Positions 1 through 14,059 of a stretch of DNA of 64,000 nucleotides are shown here, in pieces. Positions within the stretch are counted from its first letter, which is position 1; each line of letters opens with the position of its first letter. The stretch covers positions 44,888,001 through 44,952,000 of the forward strand of contig CAIIXF020000001.1 in the NCBI GenBank assembly GCA_903813345.2. The letters are read 5' to 3'. The notes under the pieces are model-generated. The model worked only from the letters and a program-made list of their open reading frames with translations. It was not told the DNA's origin and made no database searches. Source of the stretch: Owenia fusiformis (taxonomy: Eukaryota). The translations under genes and the position numbers were made by a program.

Positions 1-356
1 ATATATTGTACCTAAATTACTGTAAAATCGGCACTAAAATGACCGCCATTTTGAAACGAGTGGCCATTTTGAAAATCGGCTTTCGAGCAGAACTTCTACT
101 CTCAAAACAAAATCGGGCAAACGGTATTTGAGTTATCCCCCGGACAGACGGATGTACGGAAGGAAGGACGTACGGACGGAGGCGTTCCCTATATCCCTCC
201 GAACTTCGTTCGATGGGATAATTAGAGAAATGAATTCTCAGATGATAGCTTTAAAATGCTAATGCTAAAGAAATCTTAAGCTTCAGGCAATGTCCACTAA
301 AAAATGTAAATCCTGACAGTGCGCCAGGAAACATGTACAGTATGTAGACAAGACCT

Positions 357-3300
357 TTAATGTTTGCCAAAGTACTTATTACTAAATGCATAATCAAATT
401 TTGCAAATACACTATCTTGTTTGATCCCATCATAATATGGAAGGCGGAAAGTATTTGTGCATGTAGAAGATGTTGGGATATCATCATTGTTGTCATAGAA
501 TTCAATGGTTAATCCCGGGTCGAACCCTGTTATGGGTTCCGTTTCAGAGCCTGTTATGAATTTAAGTATCATTGGGATATCAACTGGCCTGTTGCCATCT
601 GAAAATACAAAATATGAAAAGTGAAACACATGTTTATTTTCATTCCAAAAGAGACTTACTTGTAATTCATAAGTTACTATACTAGTAGTAGCAATATTAT
701 GTGAAAAGCAAATAAAGTAAATAATTGAGTGAGTACAGTTAACCTGTATTGATAAATAGAGGACACTTTGATAATTTTGTTTAAACGAGACCTCTTTAAA
801 GCACTTATATTTATTCCATATACTGTAATCAGAAGATGTAAGTCAGACTTAGTGTTTTATACTTCTAATTAGCATTACTTGCGCTTGCATGTACAACAAG
901 GCATTAACATGCAAAATGTCACCACCTGCCATTCAGCTATTTGTGATAGACACAAACTGCCGAACACTGAACACCAACCACCGAACACCATCCACAAAAA
1001 AGTTGGAGACCATAACAATATGTCATCACTTTGGGTGCTGACATAAAAATGAAAAATAGAAGATAATTATCAAAAATTGTTATTTACGCTGTACTTCTAT
1101 TAAGTATTTGTTGAACATTCGAAATATTTTCTCTTCTTTTATTTTACTGTTGGTTCCCGCTTCGGAAAACACAGGTTTTACGAGACTCTTCAACTTGCGC
1201 ATTGTCATGACTGCCTGGGTTCCTGGGCGAAGCAGATACCGCATAACGGGCTTCTTCCTTACAAGCTAAAACAAAATGATTGAAGTACAGTTAGAGGTTT
1301 CAATGAATGCAAGTGGCAAATTAATATAACATTTGGATTTGTAAGAAAAGTTTTTATCTTATGCTACAAGTGCATGCAACCATATTGTAATATATCCTTA
1401 CGATTCTCAGAAAACCCATCTGACATTGTAATCAAAGTCTAGCTACAGATGCTGCCGTTTTAACATTTTTGAGAACAAGTTCCTGAATTATTGCACAAAC
1501 ACACAAATACATGTAGATGAAAAAATAGATGGATTGATGGGTACTCAAATAAATGGATTGATGGGTACTCTCTCTGAACTTTGTTGGGTTTAAATATATA
1601 TTTACCTCAAGCACACCATACATGTTCATTCCTCTTGAAAACTCTCGCTCTCCTCCATTTAGTTCTAAGCTTTCCTTATTTAAGAGTCTATCCATCTGCC
1701 CCTCTGCCAGGAAGTTGACAGGTGGTCCCTCAAAAAGCAATGCCATAGCTTAAATTAAAAAAAATATTTCATTTATTTTCTTCAAAGAAAACATTTATGA
1801 CCCCTACATATTTTTAGCTTTCATTTGAATCTAATGGAAAGTACAAAGGCTACTTCATATCAAAGATCAGAGTGACGAAATGACGAAAACTATTCAACTT
1901 ATTTTGAAGCGGAAGTCAATACTCTAAAACGTTTTTAGAAAAGTTTTTCCATTTAAAATGTCTTTGGAAATTTGAAAATGCCTGGTGAAAAAAATTATGT
2001 CCAGCCAAAATGTCTGACAACGGATTAGTCCTTAAGGCAAGCACTGGATGGGATAATTAACTTTAGAAGCAAAAATTAAAGAGCCCATAGGCCTAATATT
2101 AGTTTAGACAGCTACTCACCAACAGCAACACCAGCAGCAAAATATCCTATGTGTTCTCTTTCACTAGTACTGATCCAGCACTCATTGTTGATCACATTTA
2201 GGAATGGTGAATCATCGCCTTTGATGTACCTGCAATAATTTATCTTCGTGAATCTTCAATAAGTTTAAATAATGCATTATGTACCATTCAAATGTTTGCA
2301 TGAGACACCCCACAAAAGGGTAGAAAATTATCACAGTAGCATCCAAGGAGGTGGGATACTGCCATCATACTGTTTCCTGGGAGTAGGAACTTCTGAAATG
2401 TGAATTCCTCCTGGGTATTTCATGTATTTCAACTATATTTGACCAGCTATTATTGTTACCAGGATGGGGAATTTAACTCACTTGATTGCTACATAGATGG
2501 GGAATTTGGCAGCCCATTTTCTATTTTGTTGAAATCAAGTCTCAGTAAAACCTTTAAATATTACATTATCTAATTCTATATTACAGTATGCTCAATCCAC
2601 TGTTGTTTTTCAGAAAACCCAAAACAAACAAAATAGTCTGGGAACATAACTTGTACTGGTCTCACCTCCCATATACATCTTAATCCAAGATTTTCTTGGA
2701 GGAACATTCATACATACAGCTTTTTGTTTGACCAATTTTATATCTGCATTGAAACTGAATGAAAATCAGATATCATAAAAAATATTATACAGTAGCAAAA
2801 AGAAACAAGACACTAGGAAAACAATACTGCACTCTTGAATAGAATAGACAGTTGTTGGAATGAAAAGTCCAAAATGGCTATATTAACATTTACTCAGAAT
2901 GACCAAAAACTAATCATTACTAGACTTTCAATAAATAATTGAGCTAAAAAATTTAGGTCAAATGGTTTGGCTTGAAACATACAGACAAGACTTTTCAGAC
3001 GAGATTTTAAGAATGAAAATCCAACCCCTTATGAAAAATCTTGCAAAGGTTACAATATTAATTCCTTCATAATATTTTCACTTGCTCCAAGTTACACATA
3101 CATTATATCTATTGAGAGAATATTACCTTATTAAATCTGTAAGAAGTTCTCGACGTGGCCCACCAAGATCTTTGGCATTTTCACCATCGTACATCACCTC
3201 TATTCTCTGCCTAAAGTGTGTAGGAGGCCATGTTCGCACTTGCTCATCAAAATCATCAAAAATGATTTTCCCATCATCTCCAGTCAATCTAGTCACACAT

Positions 3301-6300
3301 ATTAGAGCATCTGTCTCTTTGCCTCTATCGAATCCATTGTCATCCATATTGTTCATTTCATCTCCCTTGAGAATCATGATACGGTACGATTTCAACACAA
3401 TCACTGGATTTATTTCATTTTTCCTGAAATAAAGCATTATTGAATGTTATTAAAGAGATTTTGCAACTCACTTATAGCATGTTTATTATTCCCAAATAAC
3501 GTATAACTTTTGATGCGTTTTATTATGTCATCATTTATTGGGCAGCTCTATACGTCCATAAGTGTGATATTCTTACATAGACAACGATTTATAAGAATAC
3601 CACACTATGTACTTACAGACCTGCGCAATTCATGTAAATGATGACGTAATCAAACGCTTCATAAGTTATACACAAGGCATTAACATGACAAAATGTGACC
3701 ACCTAAAAAAAGTTGGTAAATTTAAAACAAGTTGGAAGGCCTTTTTGCCCTTGAGAAGGTCAATGAAGGTCAGATCTAAAATCTTAAATCAGATTTGAGC
3801 TTCTGAGATCTTGTAGATGATTTTGAAAACAAAATTTAGTCAAATGCTGATTTTGAAAACAAAATTTAGTCAATTTGAAGCAAGTTGAAAAAAGACCTTT
3901 TTGACCTTTTTTGACCTAGAGAAGGTCATTGAAGGTCAAATCTAAAATCAGATATGAACTTCTGAGAACTTGTAGATGATTCAGAAAAAATTGAAGTCAG
4001 TCTAAACAGTACCGGAGTTTCTTGCGAATAGGCCCATGGGCGTTTATTTGAAAGAGGGGTGAATGAAAAAGTTTTTTTCCCTCTTTATAAAGGCCCATGG
4101 GCGTTTATTAAAAATGATTTCAAATAAACGCCCAGTGGGCGAATTATTCGAGAAAAGGAATGAAATTGCGAACAGTACATATGTAAGGTAATAGGTGATT
4201 ACTGTCATTCTAGTACAAATAATTAATAAAAATATGACAAGAGGTTACATATTGGTCAACGTTCTTGCCCGCGTTCATGATACTAGTGCATGAGTATGAA
4301 GGACATGTGTCATATTTGCGATCTATAATATCCCTCGACATAAACGCCCACTGGCTTGGGAGAGCTATTTTCCCTCTAAATAAACGCCCACCCCCCTTGG
4401 AAAAATGTTTTTTCCCTCTTAATAAAGGCCCATGTGCGTTTATTAAAAATTCTTTCAAATAAACGCCCAGTGCAAAATAAACGCCCGTGGGCCTATTCGC
4501 GAGAAACTCCGGTATTTGTTAAGTTATTGGAAGTTGTAAGAATCTGTTACAGACTCCAACCACCAACCGCCATCACAAAAAAACGGAGACCATAACAATA
4601 TGTCACCCCTTTTTGGTGGTGACATAATTAGACGGGAATAATATAAGTGAGTTATAAGTGAGTTGCGAAATCTCTATTATCATGGCAGTTCCATTATAGA
4701 TATTATAAGAGGCAGTGAAAATGTCTTTCATCAATCATTTTATTTAAAAAATCAACAATGTTGATAGAATGACTGACCAATCAATGTATAGTCAATCCCA
4801 TGGGCTTGTTTTGTCAGCCAAAAGTGATATAATGGTCTTCTCGAAATGCTGCCTAAATATGGGTTATTGGATTTTAATCTCACCTTGACTGAAAGCACAT
4901 TCACTTAACTCCTATAGATGTAAATGATGGGAACTACTGCCATTTTTATGCCCTATACTGTCAACCTGATAAACACTAACCTCATTGTGAAACCATGGCC
5001 ATAGCCACTACTAGCCAGGCATAAGGCAGGTGAGGCAACTGCCTCGCCAAAATTTAATAGAAAAATATCAATTCAGACATTTGTTTTGAATTGAAGTTGT
5101 GAAAATGAACTCTTTTTATCTTTATAGTGTTATTTCGCTAGTGCCTCAAATTTGCCTCGCCAAATAAAATTTGCCTCGTCAAATTTAAGATCCTGGCTAT
5201 GCCTCTGAAAAGCTCCAATATGTTCATCTTTTTATGTTTAAATGAGCATCATGGTTTTGTGATCATACTGTATATTAAATATACAAAACACAAAATCCAT
5301 GGTCATTCTTGCTCTGTGGGGCTTTATTTCCTCAAATATACAAACTAGAAAACAGCAACTTCACCGAGTAGCAAATCCCACCAAACAAAACATGTCTCGA
5401 TAAATAGCAGCCCTCTTGAACAGAGCTCCCTTATCCCCATGCATCAACCAGTATTTGAGTTATCTCCTGGACAAACAGATGGACGGACGGACAGACGGCT
5501 TTCCTATATCCCCTCGAACTTTGTTCGGTGGGATAATTACCAAATATATTTCTGTCTTTAAAGGAAGTCTGCTCTACTTACATGTTGAATATAAAATCCT
5601 CCATCTCTTCTTTTGAAAGGCAATAGTCCATCCTACAAGGTAAAAAGTTATAAATGTTACTGATTGTATTGTATAGTATTCTTATAAGACTCTAACTGTC
5701 TAATATAAGACAGTTACAATACAATGTTGTTCGAAATGCTTGTATAATGTTGTATCTTTCAAATTGTTTTCAGTACCAAGCCTATAAGGGGACCTTTTTT
5801 GGTTAAGTCTAGGTTTGCTAAATCCATACTGAAATTACATTTTTGGTTCACCATTCTGAGCACTTTTCAAGTGATTTTGGGCATTTTTGGGCCAAAGTTG
5901 TCAAAAGTGAACCCCCCTTGAATTTTTAAAAAGCAACCCCCCCCTTTGGCAAATCCTGGCTACGGGCCTGTACATGTATGTATATGTGGGTTAATCTAAG
6001 GTAATGCTCATCATAAACCTACTGCCACTCATCAGAATACATGTATTTGTGGATTTGTTTTAAGTGAAGATTCATATGAGGGTCCTGTTGAGAGGTTCAC
6101 TCCTAAATAATACTTTCTAATGACACTGAATGAACTTACTGTATATCACTGGCACCTTCAACTGCCTTTCTGATGGTATCCTCATTCCTGAAAATTCAAC
6201 AAATGCTTCATTAAATAACAGCTTTTCTACAACTGTTTCATTTTTTAAAAATCTTTCTAATCAAGAGATGTACACATTATGGCTGGATAACTGAGAGAGT

Positions 6301-9300
6301 CGAAGATGTGCTTGGCAAATCCAGTAAACCCAGCTTCAGGAAACCAGGTTTACTGTTTGTTTCTGTTGACACCTGTGCAAAACTGCATTCGTAATCCATA
6401 CCACAATGAACAGGAGGTTAACAGTCAAACCCAGGTTTGCTAGTCCCTTATTAGATTTTCGTATCACAGACCAGGGTTCGAGGCTATTCCAGGCCATAAA
6501 ATATAAAAGAATCGCTTAATCAGAAAATTGTTTGTGTTATCTACCAAGACATTAAACAAATATGAAATAGTACTTATTATGAGTGGTCTAAAATAGGCAG
6601 AGTTAGAAGACCCCTTATACTCATTCTGTCTCTATTTCTACATTAGATAATGGAAGAGGAGTCCCCTTTGCATTTGTTCGACTTCGCCTCTTAAAAGAGA
6701 GCTTTGTCTTTGGAATTTATAACAAGACTCTGCACGCAGGGGAGAAGTCGAAAAATCCCAGAATTCAAGATTGGACCCTGTTTTCATATAAAGATGACAT
6801 GGTTTTTTGCAAAGGTAAATTTGGAGAGCAGCAAACCTGGTTTTGAGGGTGCAATCTATGCCAATGAGTGCTTCTGGGATAAATGGACAAAAATTGGATG
6901 GATCAAATACTGTACGATTGAATGGACCGATTACTTTTAAAATCTTATTCAAATCTTTGCTCCTAACTATTTCTGTTAGATAACAATGCTTTCTAATGAA
7001 CTTACTGTATTTCACTGGCAGCTTCAACTGTCTTTCTGATGGTATCCCCTTTCCTGAAAATTCAAACAAATGCTTAAATATTTTCTGCCACGTTTTGTTA
7101 ACATATCTACAGGTAAACTAAAATTAATTAATACTTTTTACCAATGGTTCTGGGTTTATTATTCTAGACCTGATTACTTTTGGGCATGCTTTGTAAACTG
7201 TAAGATGACTGGCTAAATGTGGAAATTTGCATTGGATTACAGATTTTTCTAGTTGATCTTACTCCATCCCATAATAATAAAGTGGCTCAGCCTGTAACAC
7301 AATATACACCTGAACTGAAAACACCAAAATTAACTGAAACTTTTCACAATATTCTCTCAAAATTGCACCATCAAGTTCTAACAAGGCATTAACATGACAA
7401 AATGTCACCACCTTGTTGCTCACAATATTATGTGTTCAAGTCTTTTTGGCGGTGACTAAAAACATTCTTTTCTGTAAATGTCTGAAAAATTGGTATAACA
7501 ATAAAAGAAAAAGGCAAATATGTATTCAGGCAGTTAGAGCATTTAGACATATGGAGTTCTAAGTATGGATTATTACTTTTGATACTGCATGCGCATATAG
7601 TGCATGTATGTACTTACGATGTCGTAATGTCTGCACTCGAACCATTGAGATCCTCTTCATCAGTCATTGCTGAGCTAAAATGAAAATTTAAAGAGGTGTC
7701 ATTTTTATACCAATTCTCATATTCTTTGATGTTAGGGTACTATTCTTTGTTTTATACCATTCTAAGTGTCTTCTTTGCACCTCAATTTAATTTTCAAAAA
7801 TTGGGAAAATCTAATTTAGCACTAAAATTGTCAAATTCAAGATCCACCCCTGCAAATCACTCTGTTATGTCTCTTTTGAGACTTAATATTAATGAAGAGT
7901 CTCATCTGAATTCCCCATGGAAAAAATGACTATTTTAGAGGGAATCTGCATTGGCATTAATTTTATCCATGTAGTTTTGATCAGGGAGGTGGTACTCTTT
8001 AAATTCTGAAGGATATGGAGTGAAGCATTCCACGTTTAAAATGCCTCATTCCTCATTTCTTGGATTGCTCCCATGACATATTTCCTTCATCAGAAGTTTG
8101 AAAACTGATTCCACTGAGCTTTTGGTTATGAGGATGGCCTTATGTCCTAGGGCATTTTCCCAGTGAAGGCTGTAAGAATCATCTATCCCAGTCATGTAAT
8201 TGCTACTGTGGTGCTTTCTCAGAAAATAAAATAATTGACTAAATATTGTCTGAGATTATATATGATCCTACATTGAATCACTGACATTAGATTCCCATGG
8301 TAAAATGAAATAAATAGATAATTATATTGAATTATCAAGTCCAGAACCAATCAAATAGTAGAAGCTTTAATCTTGAGGTATTAACTAAATAATGTTTGGG
8401 GAACATCTGTGCCAAGTTTCAAGAAGATTGGTCTAGTAGTGACATTACTTCTGGATCACCTTGTATGTTGTTATTTATAGAATATTAATTACCTGAATGG
8501 GTAGCGAGTCTTCATCACTTCAATATCACTATTGCTGTCACTGTCACTTTCTTCATCATTCACTGGAATACACTTGCAAAAAAGTCTTATCTGTCCTGGT
8601 ATTAATTTAGCATCCAGATATTTTCGTAATGAAAAAACACCATCCACTGCATCCTCTACACTTCGCCCAGTAATGTCTGTCAGTGTTAGATTATAACAGT
8701 TTACATTTCCAATCATTATATTTAGACCCTTGGGAAATAATGCAGCTTTCACCTGTTGAAGAATATCATGGTAAGAGTCTTGTGTTCCACAAGTTAGCTG
8801 AATAAAGTTTTTATCTCCTAATGGAGACTTCACTAATGTAAGCTTTGACTTTTCTGATGCGGAGGCTACATAAAGACCAAACTGTACCACTCTCGAACTT
8901 TTCAACGGTCTTCCCATTTTTTCAGTTTTGGATTGTGTGCTGCTCATCATCATCTTCAGCAACTTTTGTCGCCTATCATCTGGAAAGTAGGATACATACT
9001 TTTACCACAAAGAATAACTTATTTTAGCTTTATTAAAGGTCATTTATTCTTTACTAGTTATGAATACTATGGGGACGGTTAGGGGACAATGACCCATGAA
9101 TTAAACATTAATTTACATGATCAGTTCACTTTCACAAGTAATGGTGATTTAAAGTACTGACCCTCAGAACCCTAAATACTCCAAACTTATTGGTGCAAAA
9201 TAATTCAAGTATAAAACATTAATGTTCATGACCAGTTCACTTTTGGATGCTTGTAACCTAATTCAAGTGCAGCATAATGTTTTACTTATTCTCTTTATTT

Positions 9301-12300
9301 GATTGATATTAAGTAAATAGCAGGAGCACTTGGCCATGTAAATAGTGTTGTTGGGTTAGGTCAATATTTCACTGTTCGTCAAAAAACGTAATTGATTTAG
9401 CAAGGTTTTAACCCCCCTCCCCCTTCTCACAAAAGTCAAAATGTTGTTTCGTGTACAGTGTTAAAGAATCAAAATGTTGATTTGCATGCAGTGTACAAGT
9501 ACAACCCCAGCACACAATATCTGCTTCTGCTATAAACACATATCAAATTCTCTATCATATCTGTTGTATATTAAATGATCATACCATTGCAGAAGATGAA
9601 ACTCTGAAATCAATGTCTGTCACCTAATTAAACAAGGCATTAACATGGCAAAATGTCACCACCTAAAAAATTGGTTAATTTAAAGCAAGTTGAAAAAAGA
9701 CCGTTTTGACCTTGGGAAGGTCATTGAAGGTCAAATCTGAAATCTTAAGTCAGATTTGAGCTTCTGAGGTCTTGTAGATGACTTTGAAATTTTGAAGCAA
9801 GTTAAAAAAAGACCTTTTTGACATTAAGAACTTTATTGAAGGTCAAATCTCAAATCTAAAGTCAGATTTGAACTTCTGAGAACTTGTATATGATTTAGAA
9901 AACAATTTAAGTCAGTCTAAACAGTATTTGTTAAGTTATTGGAAGTTGTAAGAATCTGTTACAGACTCCAACCACCAACCGCCATCACAAAAAAACGGAG
10001 ACCATAACAATATGTCAACACTTTTTGGTGGTGTCATAACAGGGATTTACACCCTCCCCCCTTACATAATTAATTACGTTTTTTGACGCACACTGAAACA
10101 TTGACCTGACCTCTTAAGCAATTTAAAGTACTCGCAACCTTGAATACTCCAAACTGGTGCAAAATACTTCTTGTATTTAAAACATACATGATCAGTTCAC
10201 TTTGGTATGCATAACAATTTTTAAATCATAGGGTTGAAGGATTGTATCAGATTAGCCATTGGTATATTCGCTAGAAAATCAACTAGTATTGATGTAATAT
10301 TGTAAACATATACATGTTGGTAATAGCACAATCAGTTCAAGTTATTACCTGATTACAGCAGTAATATATTTTAAAGATCTCAAATGAAATGATTTAAAGT
10401 AAACACTCAGAAACCTAAATACTCCATACTGGTGCAAAATAGATCACATATTTTAACATTTGTTTACATGATCAGTTCACTTTTGGAAGCATGTAATCTA
10501 ATTTCAGAGCAGTTTAATGTGTTACCAATGATCATTAGTCTTATGATGGTAACAGATATCTATCATATCTGGAGCGTGTGGCAATGTACAGAGTATCTAA
10601 GTGATGGTGAATTGAAGTACTCACAACCCTCAAGTTCCGAACTGGTGCAAAATATTTCACATCAATTTACATGATCAGTTTCCCTTTCAATATGTAACAC
10701 TAGATCTGATTATATCTCTTAAACATCTCAAACATACTCAGAACCCTAAATACTCCATACTGGTGCAAAATAATTCAAATATTTAACATTAATTTACATG
10801 ACCAGTTCACTTTTGGAAGCATGTAACCCAATTTCAGAGCAGCTGTTGCAGCATGTTGATAAATAGATAGCTGGAGCACATTTCTTGAATTTAACATGTA
10901 ATATAAATAAGTAAGAAAATCTATTGCAAGGGCGGAATTGCTTGATTGCTATGTTATTTCAAGGATACACGTTTTTAAAAAGGGCTAACTATGCTACAGA
11001 AGCCAAATAGCTGGCAGTTGAGCCCAAGTTTTTATAGAATGAACATCAAAGTTATGAATTGATGCTATGGTATTTTATGAAATTATAACTCAGATAGAAT
11101 TTAGTTCTTTTCAAAGGATATGATATAGATTCAGTCAATGTGCACATTTAAATATAGGTCATAAGTTAGTTAGGATAAGTTAAAAAGCATTACAAAAGTC
11201 CAAACAAAGATAGAAGAATTCAAAACACAGACAAAGGAATTTACCTTGTCCCAGTTCTACTACAAGGAGACAACATAGATGGTACAGGTAATATTACATA
11301 TATGTAACACCACTTTACATGTTGATCAGTAGGTGTAATGTGATATATTTTAAACATCTCAAACACACAGATTTAAAGTACATACTCAAAATCCTAAATA
11401 CTCCATACTGGTGCAAAATATGTAATAGTCATGTAATTCAGTATTTGTTAATATGACTAGTCCACTTTCGGAAGCATGTAACCTATTAGCCTACATGCAA
11501 GTAGAAATAATCTTGATTTACATCATTAAATATTCAAAATTCAGTCGATGTGATACCATATTGAAATCTACATGTGGTAACAAAAACAGTTAATCAACTT
11601 TCAAAATTTAATTTTCTTTGAAAATGTGACTTCTAGGTCGGGGAGATTCCCCATAGAGCCCATGTTATAAAATCACAAAAAGTGAATGATGTCTTTTCAT
11701 TTAGTGGACAGATAGTGGACAGATAATATTTTGCTTTACTTGACATTTTTTTCATTTGTATAACTATCAGATACATAAGGGTTATATGAAAATTATTCGA
11801 CCAGAACAGATGGATATTTAAGTTTAAGGGCACTTTCTGCTATACCTGCCATGCTATTTACGCCGAATTAGCCACCTGGTGGTGAAACTGGTTACTAGTT
11901 ATTACTACCTACTTGCATCTGGGTAATTCCAGTGCAGCATAATGTGAAACTAATACTCCATTAGTTTAATTATGGTAAATAATTACACAGAGTACACAGC
12001 CATTTAAAAAGTACTTGAGCAAAGATGGTTCAAAGTACCCAAACCCCCAATTACTCCAAACTGGTGAATGGTGCAAAATAATACACTCATTTGACATTGA
12101 TTATAAACAAATACTTCTATACAAATTATAAAAGTGCTACTGTTAAAAGTGTACAGTGTACCTGTATATCCAAATAAATAATAAATACCTGAAGACACAC
12201 TACCACTACTAGTGCCTGGACTGGTATTTGGTGTTGGTTGGCATTTTACACCACAGTGACAGCAAAAGTTTCCCACAGCTGGTTTCCCACAGCCAGTGCA

Positions 12301-12306
12301 AAACAT
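357..12306 (-). CDS. Multi-exon HECT-domain E3 ubiquitin ligase (G2E3-like) with N-terminal CxxC-CxxC zinc ribbon, ~592 aa
   Basis: Hand-spliced GT-AG exons (minus strand): 12189-12306, 8493-8979, 7618-7674, 7006-7053, 6140-6187, 5582-5632, 3127-3423, 2120-2229, 1606-1748, 1088-1265, 357-598. Phases are compatible and the total of 1779 nt is open. HECT motifs: GENAKDLGGPRRELL, YFAAGVAVAMALLFEGPP, ILKFITGSETEP, catalytic IPTSSTCTNTFRLP and terminal YFGKH*. The N-terminus is MFCTGCGKPAVGNFCCHCG. The small middle exons are less certain. Confidence 0.85.
3672..4628 (+). mobile_element. Non-autonomous Helentron/HINE-like element, family A (other copies ~896-1045, 7382-7460, 9632-10040, 41274-41392)
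   Basis: Shared 5' end ACAAGGCATTAACATG.CAAAATGTCACCACCT and 3' end GAGACCATAACAATATGTCACC...GGTGGTGACATAA, with a subterminal inverted repeat/3' stem-loop and no TSD seen. This copy is interrupted by a MITE. Confidence 0.6.
4012..4512. mobile_element. Tc1/mariner-type MITE (TA TSD) nested in a family A element
   Basis: ~38-bp imperfect TIRs CCGGAGTTTCTTGCGAATAGGCCCATGGGCGTTTATTT / AAATAAACGCCCGTGGGCCTATTCGCGAGAAACTCCGG, flanked by TA. The empty site AAACAG-TA-TTTGTTAAG is present in the paralogous copy at ~9919. Confidence 0.85.
9100..12090 (+). repeat. Degenerate interspersed intronic repeat (~7 copies)
   Basis: Motif ACTCAGAACCCTAAATACTCCATACTGGTGCAAAATA...TTTACATGATCAGTTCACTTT recurs near 9163, 10130, 10405, 10619, 10735, 11384 and 12037. 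Confidence 0.6.
9632..10040 (+). mobile_element. Family A Helentron/HINE-like element (uninterrupted copy)
   Basis: Colinear with 3672-4628 minus the MITE, with internal repeats GAAGGTCAAATCT..AATC..AAGTCAGATTTGA. Confidence 0.65.
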
Positions 12307-13814
12307 GTCTGTAAAACAAAAATTTCATTAATCTGAGAATAGTGGTAGTTTAGAAAATACATCACCAATAAAATGCATGATGGGGCTCCCGTAGGATAAT
12401 TGCAGCATGCACAATTTACCTATTTCTAATCACATTTCCACATATATGCGAATATGCTCACTATTTCTTTGCATTATTTAGGACCATAGACGAGAAAACC
12501 CTGTTTCGAAATCTGAGGGGGCCCCCGATTGAAATCGTGAAAAACTTTGCAAATTTAATCACTTATTCTGGACGTTTTAATTCAAACGGTTTAATATCTT
12601 AAAATAAAATAATGTCAGCAGATGTGGTTGTCACAAATCGAGCTAATTTAAAGTTTAAATGTCATTGGAGATAAAGTTTCTTATTTGTGTCATGGAAAAT
12701 CCTGAACTTCCAGATTGGGATTTACCAAATTAAATAAACGGCTTTATTAGATTCTAGCCACATTTACAATTTTACCGGCAATCATCTAAATGATTGATTT
12801 AACTTCTGGTATCAGTAAAACCCTAAATCATTCGAAATTCAAATGTAATTGGTCGTAATTGGCATCCATGGTATTGCCAAAACAAGATGGCTGCAGGTCC
12901 AGATAGAATTCAAAATGGAGGGAGTTTGTATTAATTCACGGTATTTGTTTGTGAATTAAAGCTAATGATGGTCTGTGTAAAATTTAATTAATGTGTATAC
13001 AGTATGCACAAAAGTTGAACAAAGGGTCGATCAGACTCAATCTTACTTGAGTGTGATAATTGGTTACGTAACAAAGCTTTACTGCATGGTCATGGTGTAT
13101 TCTACTCTATTTTTATGCATGCTTCCAGGCCTATGCTGCTTATACTGCATGTTTACTAGTATTTTAGAAAATGTGAATAAAAATTGGTAATTTAAAATTG
13201 TATATGTTGTATTTACCCTTCAGGAACCCCAAAATGCATTTTATTAGTGATGTATTTTCTAAACTACCGAGAATGGTACATCCTTCCAAGCATGTATTAG
13301 TACCATAAATTAAAGTATAAATGTCATTGGTCATTTCAAAATATATGGTACATTGTCATCATAGCCAGTCAATTATACTTTACATGGCAAATGTAAATTT
13401 TGCCTAATCACCGGTAAATTATATCAATTCATTCAACTCACTTAATCATCAATTCACACATAGCTAGGCAAAGTGTGTCAGATTCCAGCCAATCCGAACA
13501 GAGTATTTTTACATGACAGCAGTGCATGAAATAATCAACAATAACGCATTTGTTGTGTATAGGTCACCAGTATGATATTCACCCGGTCCTGGGGTAACAC
13601 CTACTGGTGCACTGATATGCTGCATGGTGAAATGTGTCTATAGGCAAAGGCAACGCAAGACAAAATATTTTGGAAAATATTCAATCAGACATTCTTTTTT
13701 CAGACCCAATGTCATATTTGGATAAGATTTACAATTCCTGTGATCGTGCCACATATAACGCCACGCGATTACGTGTTGATTTTAAACTGAATTTGCAATG
13801 AAAACGATCGGGGA

Positions 13815-13816
<2 letters not shown>

Positions 13817-13852
<36 letters not shown>
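13817..13852 (+). repeat. Poly(T) homopolymer (~36 nt)
   Basis: Directly visible. Confidence 0.9.
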
Positions 13853-14059
13853 CGAAGATCTGGTACTTTCATTTCTCACATGTTTGATAGCGGGTCATTA
13901 ACTCTTAGCCTATTATCCATGTCTTATTTTTCACAAAAAAAACTCAGAGGAACCCCGCAGAATTCCAGCAGAATTGGCTTTTTTCTTTGCAGAATTCACT
14001 AATTTCACTTGCAGAATTCAGTATTTTAACTCACGGAAAACTGGGGGGAGTGCCCTAGG

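Noticed and set aside
6638..7069. 143-aa minus-strand ORF
   Set aside because: It is a composite of the 48-nt exon read in the wrong frame, intron sequence and a short repeat.
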